Shown here piece after piece: positions 7,939 through 17,860 of a stretch of 33,904 nucleotides of DNA (position 1 is its first letter; each line of letters begins with the position of its first letter). A model generated the notes under the pieces. It was not told the DNA's origin. It made no database searches and saw only the letters and a list, made by a program, of their open reading frames with translations. The stretch is from positions 1 to 33,904 of the forward strand of contig RFJM01000149.1 in the NCBI GenBank assembly GCA_003694905.1, read 5' to 3'. The DNA is from Caldilineae bacterium. Lineage in GTDB: Bacteria > Chloroflexota > Anaerolineae > J102. The translations under genes were made by a program, and so were the position numbers.

Positions 7939-9267
7939 ATGAGCAAACTCCTTTCGTCTCTCATCGTCCTCCTCCTGGCCCTGGTGATCCTCGCCGTCGG
8001 GGCGCTGATACTGGTGCCCCGGCAAGTGACAGAACTGTGGGCCGCGTATGCCCTGCCACCCGAACCGCTGAACCGAGCCCTGGCCCTGGTCCGGCGCGCG
8101 GCCGTGCGGCCCGACAACAGCGTGCGCCTATACGGCACCCTGGAAGCGCCGGAAAGCTTCGCCATGAGCGAAATCGAGGGCCGGGTCTCGAGTATCCTGG
8201 TAGAGGAAGGACAATACGTCGAGGCCGGTACCCCTCTGCTGGAATTGGACCCCACCATCATCGCCGGGGAGGTGGCCGCGGCGGAAGAAGCCGTGCAGAC
8301 GGCACGTGCCGCGCGGCAGGCCGCAGCCGAGCCCCCCTCACCCACCCAGATCGCGGTAGCCGATAGCGCTGTAGCCGCCGCCGAAACCCGCCTCCAGAAC
8401 GCACAGCGCAGTCTGGAAGATGCCCGCAAGACATTGAAAGAACAGCAGGCGCTCACGGCCCAGATCCACCAGATCGAAGCGCTGATCCCGGCAGCCGAGG
8501 CTGCGGTCAGCCGGGCCGAGGCCGGCGTCAAACAGGCCGACATCCTGCTGGAAAGCGTGCGTGGAGATGGGTCGCGCGAAGGTCAGTTCCAGCAGGCCAT
8601 GTATGAGCGCCAGAAAGCGGCTGCGCAAGCCGAAGTGGAAGCGGCCAAGGCCAATCTGGCGGGCCTGAAACGCAGCCTGACCCTGTTGCGCAGGATGCGC
8701 CGCAATCCCCTGGCGGACCTGGCCAGGGTGCACCAGGCCGAGTACGAAGTACGCCTGGCAGAGGCCGCGCTGGCCGTGGCCAGAGCCGAACGTGACGTTG
8801 CCGCGGCTCCCCCCTCGAAGGAAACTATCGCCGTGGCCGATGCCCAGGTTCTCAAGGCAGAAGCCGCGCTCGACCTGACACGCTGGCAACTGGAACATCT
8901 CACCGTACGGGCACCCATGTCCGGCCGGATCCTTGCCCGCATGGTCGAGCCGGGCGAAACGGTACGGCCCGGCTTGCCTCTGTTTGATATCGCCAACCTG
9001 GAAACCATGGAAGTGCAGGTGTACGTGGCGCTGCAGGACCTGCCCCGCATTCGGCTTGGCGACGAATTGCCGGTGATTATCGAGGCGCTGCCCGAGCGGT
9101 CTTTCCGGGGAACCGTGTTCTACATCGCCCCGGAAGCGCAATTCCGCCCCTCTAACGTGCTCAACCCGGACGATCGGGGGGACATGGTGTTTCTGGTCAA
9201 GCTACGCATCGCCAACCCCGACGGTGTGCTAAAGCCCGGCATGCCGGCCGATGTGCTATTGAAATAG
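7939..9267 (+). CDS. HlyD-family periplasmic adaptor (second paralog, signal-anchored)
   Basis: N-terminal TM LSSLIVLLLALVILAVGALILV, hairpin GRVSSILVEEGQYVEAGTPLLELD, long coiled coil, C-terminal LKPGMPADVLL matching the previous gene. Confidence 0.85.
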   Translation: MSKLLSSLIVLLLALVILAVGALILVPRQVTELWAAYALPPEPLNRALALVRRAAVRPDNSVRLYGTLEAPESFAMSEIEGRVSSILVEEGQYVEAGTPLLELDPTIIAGEVAAAEEAVQTARAARQAAAEPPSPTQIAVADSAVAAAETRLQNAQRSLEDARKTLKEQQALTAQIHQIEALIPAAEAAVSRAEAGVKQADILLESVRGDGSREGQFQQAMYERQKAAAQAEVEAAKANLAGLKRSLTLLRRMRRNPLADLARVHQAEYEVRLAEAALAVARAERDVAAAPPSKETIAVADAQVLKAEAALDLTRWQLEHLTVRAPMSGRILARMVEPGETVRPGLPLFDIANLETMEVQVYVALQDLPRIRLGDELPVIIEALPERSFRGTVFYIAPEAQFRPSNVLNPDDRGDMVFLVKLRIANPDGVLKPGMPADVLLK

Positions 9268-9442
9268 CGCCGCAGTCGGCTCTGTCCTCCGGCGATGTGG
9301 GCGATACCATGGCAGTCGCCCGTCCTGCGTCCGGCAGCCCCGCCGACATCCGACACCGAATCCGCCGCGGGAAGTGTAACCCGCATCAGCCACCCTGCAT
9401 CCAACATGATCGGACTACCCCGGAAACTGAAGGAGGACATGA

Positions 9443-9655
9443 ATGCCCATCTACGAATTCGCCTGTCAAAACTGTGCCACGCCCTTTGAGAAATTCGTGC
9501 GTAGCTTCAGCGCTGTCGAGGCGGTCAAATGTCCGGAATGCGGTAGCGCCGACGTGGAGCGGCAAGTCTCCACTTTTGCCAGTCATGTCAAGGGCGGCAG
9601 TTCTGCCTACGCCTCCGGCACGACAGGCAGTACCTGTTCCACGGGCGGCTTGTGA
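9443..9655 (+). CDS. FmdB-family zinc-ribbon protein (CxxC...CxxC)
   Basis: MPIYEFACQNCATPFEKFV...VKCPECGSADVERQVS is the canonical FmdB/CxxC_CxxC_SSSS signature. AGGAGG (9431-9436) lies 6 nt upstream of the ATG. Confidence 0.8.
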   Translation: MPIYEFACQNCATPFEKFVRSFSAVEAVKCPECGSADVERQVSTFASHVKGGSSAYASGTTGSTCSTGGL

Positions 9656-10014
9656 GGCATCCCGCGCTAGATCGACCGTGAGTCGATATGGATGCTCGAA
9701 GCAGGTATCACGGGCAGTTGCCCGTAAATAGGGATGAGAAGCCTGCAGCTCCGCCCGCGCAGGAAGCCAAGGACATGACGAGTGGAACGCGACGCATGAA
9801 GTTCCAACGCTTCCCGCTGTACGAACGCAGGTGCCTCGTCTGACATCGACCGCGCAAACCTTTGCCGGCAACGCACTTTTCGAAGGAGGTCATCGCCTGG
9901 CGGTGGCCCTCTTCGCGTGAGGAGCTTGTGGAGCGCTCGCCCTTTGCTTACAATTGACCTATGCGGCCACAGCTCTTGCGGTTAGCGAAACGGTTTCATC
10001 CTGGAGGTAACGCA

Positions 10015-11010
10015 ATGCGTGCTCAGATCTTGCGCCATCCGGCCCCGATCGAGAACCGGCCCCTACAACCGGCCGATTTGCCCATCCCCACACTTGGTCC
10101 CGGCCAGGTGCGACTACGGGTCAAAGCCTGCGGCGTATGCCACACCGACCTGCACACGGTGGAGGGAGATTTGCCTTTACCCAGATTGCCGGTGGTGCCC
10201 GGTCATCAAGTTGTGGGAGAGGTTGACGCACTGGGCGAGGGGGTGACGGAGTTCGAGCCGGGCCAGCGCCTGGGGGTGGTGTGGCTTTACCGCACCTGCG
10301 GGGAATGCGATTACTGTCGCAGCGGGCGCGAGAACCTGTGCGAGCGGGCCCTGTTCACCGGCTACAGCGTGGACGGCGGTTACGCCGAATACATGGTTGT
10401 CGACGCGGCTTTCGCCTATGCCATCCCCGTCTCGTTGCCCGACGAACAGGTCACGCCTCTGCTGTGTGGAGGCGTGATCGGCTATCGGGCCTTGAAGCTT
10501 TCGGAAGTGAAGCCGGGGCAGGTGTTGGGGCTTTACGGATTCGGCAACTCGGCACATATCACGATTCAGGTAGCTCGGCACTGGAATTGCCGCGTGTTTG
10601 TGTTCACCCGTAGCGCAGGCCACCAGGAGCATGCGCGAGAGTTGGGTGCAGCCTGGGTAGGCGGGCCGGCCGATACGCCGCCGGAAGGACTGGATGCGGC
10701 CATCATTTTCGCGCCGGCCGGTGAACTCGTGCCAACCGCCCTGCGGGTGCTGAAGCCCGGCGGCACCATCGCGCTGGCAGGCATACATATGTCGTCCATT
10801 CCCGAGATGCCCTACAGCCTGCTCTATCGCGAGCGCACGGTGCGTAGCGTGGCCAACAGCACCCGCCAAGATGCTCGTGAGCTGTTGGAGCTGGCAGCGG
10901 AGATTCCGATTCGTACCGACGTCACCGTTTTTCCCCTGGAGCAGGCCAACGAGGTGTTGCTGGCCATGAAAGAGAGCCGCTTCAAAGGGGACGCCGTGCT
11001 GGTCCCCTGA
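10015..11010 (+). CDS. Zinc-dependent alcohol dehydrogenase (MDR superfamily)
   Basis: The start was moved to the ATG at 10015, preceded by GGAGG. Catalytic-zinc motif CGVCHTDLH...PGHQVVGEV, structural-zinc motif CGECDYCRSGRENLC, Rossmann GLYGFGNSAH. Confidence 0.9.
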   Translation: MRAQILRHPAPIENRPLQPADLPIPTLGPGQVRLRVKACGVCHTDLHTVEGDLPLPRLPVVPGHQVVGEVDALGEGVTEFEPGQRLGVVWLYRTCGECDYCRSGRENLCERALFTGYSVDGGYAEYMVVDAAFAYAIPVSLPDEQVTPLLCGGVIGYRALKLSEVKPGQVLGLYGFGNSAHITIQVARHWNCRVFVFTRSAGHQEHARELGAAWVGGPADTPPEGLDAAIIFAPAGELVPTALRVLKPGGTIALAGIHMSSIPEMPYSLLYRERTVRSVANSTRQDARELLELAAEIPIRTDVTVFPLEQANEVLLAMKESRFKGDAVLVP

Positions 11011-11084
11011 GGGGCAAGACACGAGAGGGCCTGCCCCCTTGGGCTCGCCAGGCGGGACCGCCTGCCCGCGGCCTGTTGCCGCCG

Positions 11085-11200
11085 CCGGTCAGTACCGGTC
11101 GCTCCGGTTGGCGACGGCCACGCGACCCCTCTCCCTCGCGGGCGTGGTACGTGGGGGCTGATGGTAAGCGGCCCAACAGCCCCCAAGATGAAACGCGCCG
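11085..11200 (+). repeat. Diverged copy D of the intergenic repeat family
   Basis: CCGGTCAGTACCGGTCGCTCCGG...GCGACCCCTCTCCCTCGCGGGCGTGG resembles the CCGGCGTACCGGCTGCCCCCG...GCACCC(T/C)CTCCCGCTCGC segment of copies A and C. CCCCAAGATGAAACGCGCC resembles CCCAAGTTGAAACGCGCAC of copy A. Alignment by eye, low similarity. Confidence 0.3.
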
Positions 11201-11289
11201 ACCAACTCCTCGGGATTTCTCCTCCTCGCGCGGAGACCGTATAATGCAACGGTGTATGCCCGATATCTTCGACGGATTCAAGCTTTTCG

Positions 11290-11493
11290 ATGAACCAACC
11301 TCTCTCTCCAGAAGTACGCGAATTGGCCCAGCAGGCCCGGCAGGTCCACGCCCGCCTGGAGGAACTCTGGGCGGACGAAGGCGTGGACCAGCTGTCCATC
11401 TTCCTCGATCCCGACATTTACTCGGTGCTGAGCGAGATCAAAGAGCTCAGTCTCAACTTCATCCGGCAGGTCGCGGCCCTGGCAGGCGACTGA
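11290..11493 (+). CDS. Small hypothetical protein (67 aa)
   Basis: The ORF has GC-rich third codon positions and sits 26 nt upstream of obg. A TATAAT lies at about 11233-11238. No recognisable motif. An antisense ORF (11278-11517) competes for the same DNA. Confidence 0.45.
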   Translation: MNQPLSPEVRELAQQARQVHARLEELWADEGVDQLSIFLDPDIYSVLSEIKELSLNFIRQVAALAGD

Positions 11494-11519
11494 ACCCGAC
11501 CGGCTAGCGCGCCCCACCC

Positions 11520-12788
11520 ATGTTTGCAGACGAAGTCAAGATCTATGTCAAAGGCGGCGACGGCGGCAACGGCGTCGTCGCCTTTCGCCGCGAGAAGTAC
11601 GTGCCGCGTGGTGGCCCCGCGGGCGGCAACGGCGGCAGGGGTGGAGACGTGTATCTTGTGGCCAGCCCGCAGCACAACACCCTCTACCACTTCACCAAGA
11701 AGGTGCACTTCAAGGCGGGGCGCGGTGGGCACGGTGGGGGCAGCAACAAGCAGGGCGCCAGGGGTGAGGATATCGAAGTGCCTGTTGCCCCCGGCACGGT
11801 GGTGTACGATGCCGAGACCGGCGCTTTTCTGGGCGAACTCCTGGAACCGGGCGAGAGGCTGTTGGTGGCACGCGGAGGGCGCGGCGGCCGGGGCAATGCC
11901 GCCTTTCGCTCCTCCACCAATCAGGCACCGCGCCTGGCCGAAAAGGGGGAGCCGGGCGAGGAACGCTGGCTGCGTCTCGAGCTGAAGCTCATCGCCGACG
12001 TGGGCATCATCGGCGTGCCCAATGCCGGCAAGAGCACACTGCTCTCGGTGGTCACCCGCGCCAGGCCCAAGATCGCCGACTATCCCTTCACCACCCTCGT
12101 CCCTAACCTGGGCGTGGCCGTGGTAGACTATCAGGACATCGTTCTGGCCGATATCCCCGGTCTTATCGAAGGCGCCCACAGCGGAGCGGGTCTGGGGCTC
12201 ACTTTCCTGCGACATATCGAGCGCACACGCCTGCTGGTACACATGCTCAACGGCCTCAGCCCCGACCCCGTGGGCGACTACCACGCCATCAACCAGGAAC
12301 TGGAGCTCTTCAATCCCTATCTGGCGGACAAGGAGCAGATCGTCGTCTTCAACAAGATGGACCTGCCGGAGGTGCGCGAGCGCTGGCCCGAGGTGAAAGA
12401 AGCGCTGGCTGCCCTGGGTGTCGGCGCCCTGCCCGTCAGCGCAGCCACCGGTGAGAACGTGGAGCAGTTGATGCAGCGCGTTGCGGCCCGGCTCCAGGTT
12501 ATACCCCGGCCCCAACGTAGCGAAGCGCCCGTCATCTACACACCGGAAGACGAGAATGCCTTCACCATCGAGCGCAAGCCGGAAGGGTGGATCGTGCGAG
12601 GCAAGCGCATCGAGCGCGCGGTGGCCATGACCAACTGGGATTACTACGAAGCCGTGCTGCGTTTTCAGCGCATCCTGGAAGCCATGGGCATCACCCGTGC
12701 CTTGGAGGAAGCCGGCATTCAGGAAGGAGACACGGTATTCATCGGCGACTACGACCTGACCTGGAGCAACGATTACGTCATCGAGTAG
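11520..12788 (+). CDS. obgE: GTPase Obg/CgtA
   Basis: N-terminal Gly-rich Obg fold [45 protein letters not shown]1 [10 protein letters not shown]3 [10 protein letters not shown]4 NKMD. C-terminal OCT-like domain. Confidence 0.95.
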   Translation: MFADEVKIYVKGGDGGNGVVAFRREKYVPRGGPAGGNGGRGGDVYLVASPQHNTLYHFTKKVHFKAGRGGHGGGSNKQGARGEDIEVPVAPGTVVYDAETGAFLGELLEPGERLLVARGGRGGRGNAAFRSSTNQAPRLAEKGEPGEERWLRLELKLIADVGIIGVPNAGKSTLLSVVTRARPKIADYPFTTLVPNLGVAVVDYQDIVLADIPGLIEGAHSGAGLGLTFLRHIERTRLLVHMLNGLSPDPVGDYHAINQELELFNPYLADKEQIVVFNKMDLPEVRERWPEVKEALAALGVGALPVSAATGENVEQLMQRVAARLQVIPRPQRSEAPVIYTPEDENAFTIERKPEGWIVRGKRIERAVAMTNWDYYEAVLRFQRILEAMGITRALEEAGIQEGDTVFIGDYDLTWSNDYVIE

Positions 12789-12844
12789 GTAGCGGGTCCG
12801 GCCTCCGGATTCTCCTTCTCTCACCCCAAGCGAGCACAAAAGTC

Positions 12845-13465
12845 ATGCTTCGATACGGCATTCTCGGCGGTACCTTTGACCCTGTACACATGGGGCACTT
12901 GATTCTGGCCGAGACCGCGCGCGACACGTTGCGGCTGGACAAAGTCTACTTTGTTCCCGCGGCCGACCCGCCCCACAAACACGGGCAGGTCATTGCCCGC
13001 GCCGAGGACCGCCTGGCCATGCTCAAGCTCGCTCTGAAAGACAACCCCGGCTTCTACATCTCCCTCATCGATCTGGAGCGCCCCGGCCCCCACTACACTG
13101 CCGATATGGTGGCTCTCATGCGCGAGCGAGTGGAACCGGAGGTGGAGTTGTGGTTCCTGATGGGGCTGGACTCTCTCATCGACTTCCCCAACTGGCACGA
13201 GCCGGAGCGCATCCGCAATCTGGCCAGGCTGGCCGCAGCCACGCGGCCCGGCTACGTGATCGACTGGACACCGCTGGAGAAAGCGTTGCCCGGCATTATT
13301 CACGAGGTGACGCTGCTGCCCATGCCGGGTGTGAGCATCTCGTCCAACAATCTGCGTCGCAAGGTACAGCACGGAAGCAGCATTCGCTATCTCGTCCCCG
13401 AGGCAGTCCGGCAGTACATCCTCGGCCACGATTTGTATCGCGGGGAAGCGACAGCCGGGGAATGA
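12845..13465 (+). CDS. nadD: Nicotinate-nucleotide adenylyltransferase
   Basis: The start was set at the ATG at 12845 (MLRYGILGGTFDPVHMGHL). This is the GGTFDPxHxGH nucleotidyltransferase motif, with ISSNNLR near the C-terminus. The obg-nadD synteny is common. Confidence 0.9.
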   Translation: MLRYGILGGTFDPVHMGHLILAETARDTLRLDKVYFVPAADPPHKHGQVIARAEDRLAMLKLALKDNPGFYISLIDLERPGPHYTADMVALMRERVEPEVELWFLMGLDSLIDFPNWHEPERIRNLARLAAATRPGYVIDWTPLEKALPGIIHEVTLLPMPGVSISSNNLRRKVQHGSSIRYLVPEAVRQYILGHDLYRGEATAGE

Positions 13466-13603
13466 AGAGGAGTGGGTGAGGGTTGGTCTTGGGTTGACGA
13501 AAAGTTGATCCCTTCGGGTAATACAAATCGCGCTCCGTTTCGGGTAGATTGACTGCATACGCTCACAACGCGGGCATTCATATCTTCTCAATTGGAGGCA
13601 GTC

Positions 13604-15007
13604 ATGATCTCGAACACCCGTAGACGCCTGTGGATCCTGTCATTGGTTGCGGTTGGCACCCTTGCCTTTGCCCAGACCGCGTTCGCCGCGCAGGACCCCG
13701 ATCCTGTGGACCTGGCGACCAATATCGACGTCATCTGGGTCTTGGTGGCGGCGTTCCTGGTCTTCTTCATGCAGGCCGGTTTTGCCATGGTAGAAAGCGG
13801 TTTCAGCCGGGCCAAGAACGCAGCCAACCTGTTAATGAAAAATCTCATGGACTTTGCCGTCGGCTCCCTGCTCTTCTTTGCCGTCGGCTTCGCTCTCATG
13901 TTCGGAACCGACACCCTGGGTTTGATCGGGCGGGACGGTTTTTTCCTGAGCACGGTGGGTTTTGGGCCCGATAGCAGCATGCAGTGGGCCTTCTTCCTCT
14001 TCCAGCTTATGTTTGCCGCGGCTGCGGCTACCATTGTCTCGGGTGCAGTGGCCGAACGCCTGAAATTTTCCGCCTACCTGGTCTACAGCGTGGTGATATC
14101 CGCGTTTGTGTATCCCGTTTCCGGCCACTGGGTGTGGGGAGGCGGCTGGCTATCGCAACTGGGCTTCATCGACTTCGCCGGTTCTACGGTGGTGCACAGT
14201 GTTGGCGGCTGGGCCGGGCTGGCAGGTGCGATTGTGCTGGGGCCCCGCATCGGCAAGTTCAACAAGGATGGCAGCAGCAACGTGATTCCGGGCCACAGCC
14301 TGACTCTGGCCGCCCTGGGCGTGTTTATCCTCTGGTTCGGTTGGTTTGGCTTCAACCCCGGCAGCACCGTCAGCGGACAGAACCCCGGTATCAGCTACAT
14401 CGCCGTCACCACGAATCTGGCCGCGGCGGCGGCCGCGGTCTCCGCTCTGCTCATCAACTGGTTCAAGACCGGACGCCCCTCCACCGAAATGGCCCTGAAC
14501 GGTGCCCTGGGCGGGCTGGTGGCCATCACCGCGGGCACGGCCAGCGTCACCCCCACAGGCGCGCTGCTCATCGGGCTGATTGCCGGTGGGGTGTTGGTCT
14601 TCGCGCTGGACTTCGTCGAGCGGGTGCTCAAAGTGGATGATCCCGTGGGCGCGGTGGCGGTCCACGGCTTCAACGGCGTGTGGGGAACCCTGGCCGTGGG
14701 CCTGTTTGCTTCGCCCGCGGCGGGCCAGCTCACGGCCATGGGCGATGTGGCCGGGCTCTTCTATGGCGGTGGGTTTGCCCAGTTGGGCGTGCAGGCCCTG
14801 GGTACGGGTGTCATCGGCCTCTGGGCTTTCGGTCTCGCTTTTCTCCTCTTCAAGGTCTGTGATCTCACCTTCGGCATCCGCATCAGTCCGCAAGAAGAGC
14901 TGGAGGGTCTGGACATCTCCGAGCACGGTACCACCAGCTACCCCGAGTTCGGCTCTACGGTCAGCGCCAAACCCGCTACGCGTCTCGCTCCCAACACCAC
15001 CATCTAG
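13604..15007 (+). CDS. amt: Ammonium transporter (Amt family) with signal peptide
   Basis: The ATG at 13604 lies 5 nt after GGAGG. Amt signatures are DVIWVLVAAFLVFFMQAGFAMVESG, DFAGSTVVHSVGGWAGLAGA and AVHGFNGVWGTLAVGLF. About 11 TM helices. Confidence 0.93.
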   Translation: MISNTRRRLWILSLVAVGTLAFAQTAFAAQDPDPVDLATNIDVIWVLVAAFLVFFMQAGFAMVESGFSRAKNAANLLMKNLMDFAVGSLLFFAVGFALMFGTDTLGLIGRDGFFLSTVGFGPDSSMQWAFFLFQLMFAAAAATIVSGAVAERLKFSAYLVYSVVISAFVYPVSGHWVWGGGWLSQLGFIDFAGSTVVHSVGGWAGLAGAIVLGPRIGKFNKDGSSNVIPGHSLTLAALGVFILWFGWFGFNPGSTVSGQNPGISYIAVTTNLAAAAAAVSALLINWFKTGRPSTEMALNGALGGLVAITAGTASVTPTGALLIGLIAGGVLVFALDFVERVLKVDDPVGAVAVHGFNGVWGTLAVGLFASPAAGQLTAMGDVAGLFYGGGFAQLGVQALGTGVIGLWAFGLAFLLFKVCDLTFGIRISPQEELEGLDISEHGTTSYPEFGSTVSAKPATRLAPNTTI

Positions 15008-15033
15008 GCGGCAGCGGCAGAGCGAGACGCCAC

Positions 15034-15062
15034 GTGGTCCGCGCCCCCTTTTCACGGACCAC
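15034..15062 (+). other. Intergenic hairpin between amt and the unknown gene
   Basis: GTGGTCCG (15034-15041) pairs perfectly with CGGACCAC (15055-15062), with a 13-nt loop. No convincing T-tract follows, so it is not called a terminator. Confidence 0.3.
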
Positions 15063-15090
15063 ACCTTCACTTCTGCCCGAAGGAGACGCC

Positions 15091-16071
15091 ATGAAACTTT
15101 CCCTTTTTCTCAACGCCGAAGAGGAACAGGCCACCATTCCCTACATCCTCGCCGTTTCCCTGGTCGATGAGGTCATTCTTCCCCACAACCGCTTCCTGGT
15201 ACCGGTCTATCGAGAATCCGATTCGGACAATGCCTCTCTGCTGGCCATCGAGATCTGCGGCATGCGCCTGGAAGCCAGGGAAGCCGAAGCCCTCCTGCCC
15301 CCTGCGGCGCGGTTGCTGGACGGTCTGATCAACATGGCCCGGCTGCCTACCTATGTCTTCATCGCCGCTCCCTCCAGGCAGATCTTCCCGGTCTACACCG
15401 TCGGCGATGAAGTCTTCGCCACGACGCCGGGCGGCCCGGTATTCCGCCATGTTGAGCTGGCGAATGTACGGCAGTATCTCGGCGACTACCTCCACGGTGT
15501 GGCCGTGCTGGGCAGCGGCCAGCGGGAGGAGAAACTGCACGTGCGCGGCGTCGATACCAATACCCTGGGTCTGATCCGGCCCTCTTTCTACCTGAAGAAA
15601 CGCGTGCCCGGCGAGGATGAATTCTGGGCACCGGTGTTTCTCTCTCTCGACGGCCGCGAGTTCTATACCTACGCAGCCAGCGCCCGCCGTGCAGCCCCGG
15701 TCGACAACGGCCACGGCGTCCTCGCCTTGCACGAGCTCGTAGCCCAGGCCCTTATCGACGACGGCCGCCTGCATGATCCCCTCGATTTGCGTCCCGACCG
15801 CCTCTTCCCGGACATGGCCGGCCGGGTACTGGAGGAACTCGTGCCCCAACCCTATCGCCTAACGTTCCGCACCCTGCCCGAGCAGGCACTCGAAACGCTG
15901 GCCGTATACAAGAACGGCAAGATGTACGCGACGCTGGAACATCGCCGTAGCGAAGACCGCTACAATCTCTACTTCGGCGCGGACCCCGCCGACCTGCGCG
16001 AGCGCATGGCTTTCGACCTGGTGCGCCGCGGCAAAATCTCCGACCCCGCGGCCGTCGAACTCGTCGTCTGA
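15091..16071 (+). CDS. Hypothetical cytoplasmic protein (326 aa), no recognisable domain
   Basis: The ATG at 15091 is preceded by AAGGAG. Coding-like codon bias, no TM segments or known motifs. It sits between amt and glnA. Confidence 0.7.
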   Translation: MKLSLFLNAEEEQATIPYILAVSLVDEVILPHNRFLVPVYRESDSDNASLLAIEICGMRLEAREAEALLPPAARLLDGLINMARLPTYVFIAAPSRQIFPVYTVGDEVFATTPGGPVFRHVELANVRQYLGDYLHGVAVLGSGQREEKLHVRGVDTNTLGLIRPSFYLKKRVPGEDEFWAPVFLSLDGREFYTYAASARRAAPVDNGHGVLALHELVAQALIDDGRLHDPLDLRPDRLFPDMAGRVLEELVPQPYRLTFRTLPEQALETLAVYKNGKMYATLEHRRSEDRYNLYFGADPADLRERMAFDLVRRGKISDPAAVELVV

Positions 16072-16127
16072 GCGCTGTCCTGTGGGGCTCACAAGACCCG
16101 TTCTGCCGAGAGACGTGGTCGCAGCGG

Positions 16128-16161
16128 GGGTGAATATGATCCATTTGGGTCATATTCACCC
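16128..16161. promoter_or_regulatory. 34-bp near-perfect palindrome upstream of glnA (operator candidate, or terminator of the preceding gene)
   Basis: GGGTGAATATGA (16128-16139) and TCATATTCACCC (16150-16161) are perfect complements. Extending inward gives 15 of 16 matching positions per arm. It is AT-rich in a GC-rich context and lies about 105 nt upstream of the glnA ATG. TTCTCTTTC follows it. Confidence 0.5.
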
Positions 16162-16266
16162 TTCTCTTTCGGCGGTAGACTACGAATAGTTTACCCAAAC
16201 GGGTACCATCCGTCTCTATCCCTTATCCTATCCCAGGTAATTCTCTGCAAAAGGAGTCACCCAGAA

Positions 16267-17670
<1,404 letters not shown>

Positions 17671-17737
17671 TCTTTTGCACCGGCGCCTTCTCTCAGAGCC
17701 TGTGCCGGGCCCCGCCGGAACGTCCCGGTAGCATTCC

Positions 17738-17777
17738 AAAAGCCTCGCGTGGCGAAAACGCTGCCGCGAGGCTTTTG
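17738..17777 (+). terminator. Rho-independent terminator of glnA
   Basis: AAAAGCCTCGCG (17738-17749) pairs with CGCGAGGCTTTT (17765-17776), and the stem runs into a T-tract. Confidence 0.75.
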
Positions 17778-17832
17778 TGATCGCACCCGTGTCTGCCTCT
17801 CTCACCAGAGCTTGATATAATAGGAGACAACC

Positions 17833-17860
17833 GTCGGCTTTCTGTGCCGACCTTTTTTCC
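17833..17860 (+). terminator. Terminator-like hairpin plus T-tract immediately upstream of the kinase start codon
   Basis: GTCGGC (17833-17838), a 7-nt loop, GCCGAC (17846-17851), then CTTTTTTCC. It lies between an extended -10-like TGATATAAT (17813-17821) and the ATG at 17866. Confidence 0.45.

Noticed and set aside
6492-8543. 683-aa minus-strand ORF, the longest non-annotated ORF in the track
   Set aside because: It is antisense to the two HlyD adaptor genes, which have clear family motifs. Its translation is low-complexity and Ala/Arg/Ser/Gly-rich, typical of shadow ORFs in GC-rich DNA.
11418-12839. 473-aa minus-strand ORF
   Set aside because: It is exactly antisense to obg, whose Obg-fold and GTPase motifs are unambiguous. 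No motifs are present in the antisense product.
12845-13465. Functional link between nadD (its product NaAD is the NPN precursor) and the LarA-like gene
   Set aside because: nadD is a universal housekeeping gene in the common obg-nadD arrangement. It lies about 15 kb from the LarA-like gene, with unrelated operons in between.
13577-13583. TTCATAT upstream of amt as a possible half-site of the glnA palindrome
   Set aside because: Only about 6 nt are shared, there is no partner half-site, and it sits in an AT-richer stretch. This is not distinguishable from chance without a genome-wide search.
16150-16266. Possible glutamine (glnA RNA motif) riboswitch in the glnA leader, prompted by TTCACCC
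   Set aside because: The conserved GGAAGUAGG / AAGGAACGC elements and the pseudoknot partners of the glutamine riboswitch are absent. Only a trivial heptamer resembles it.
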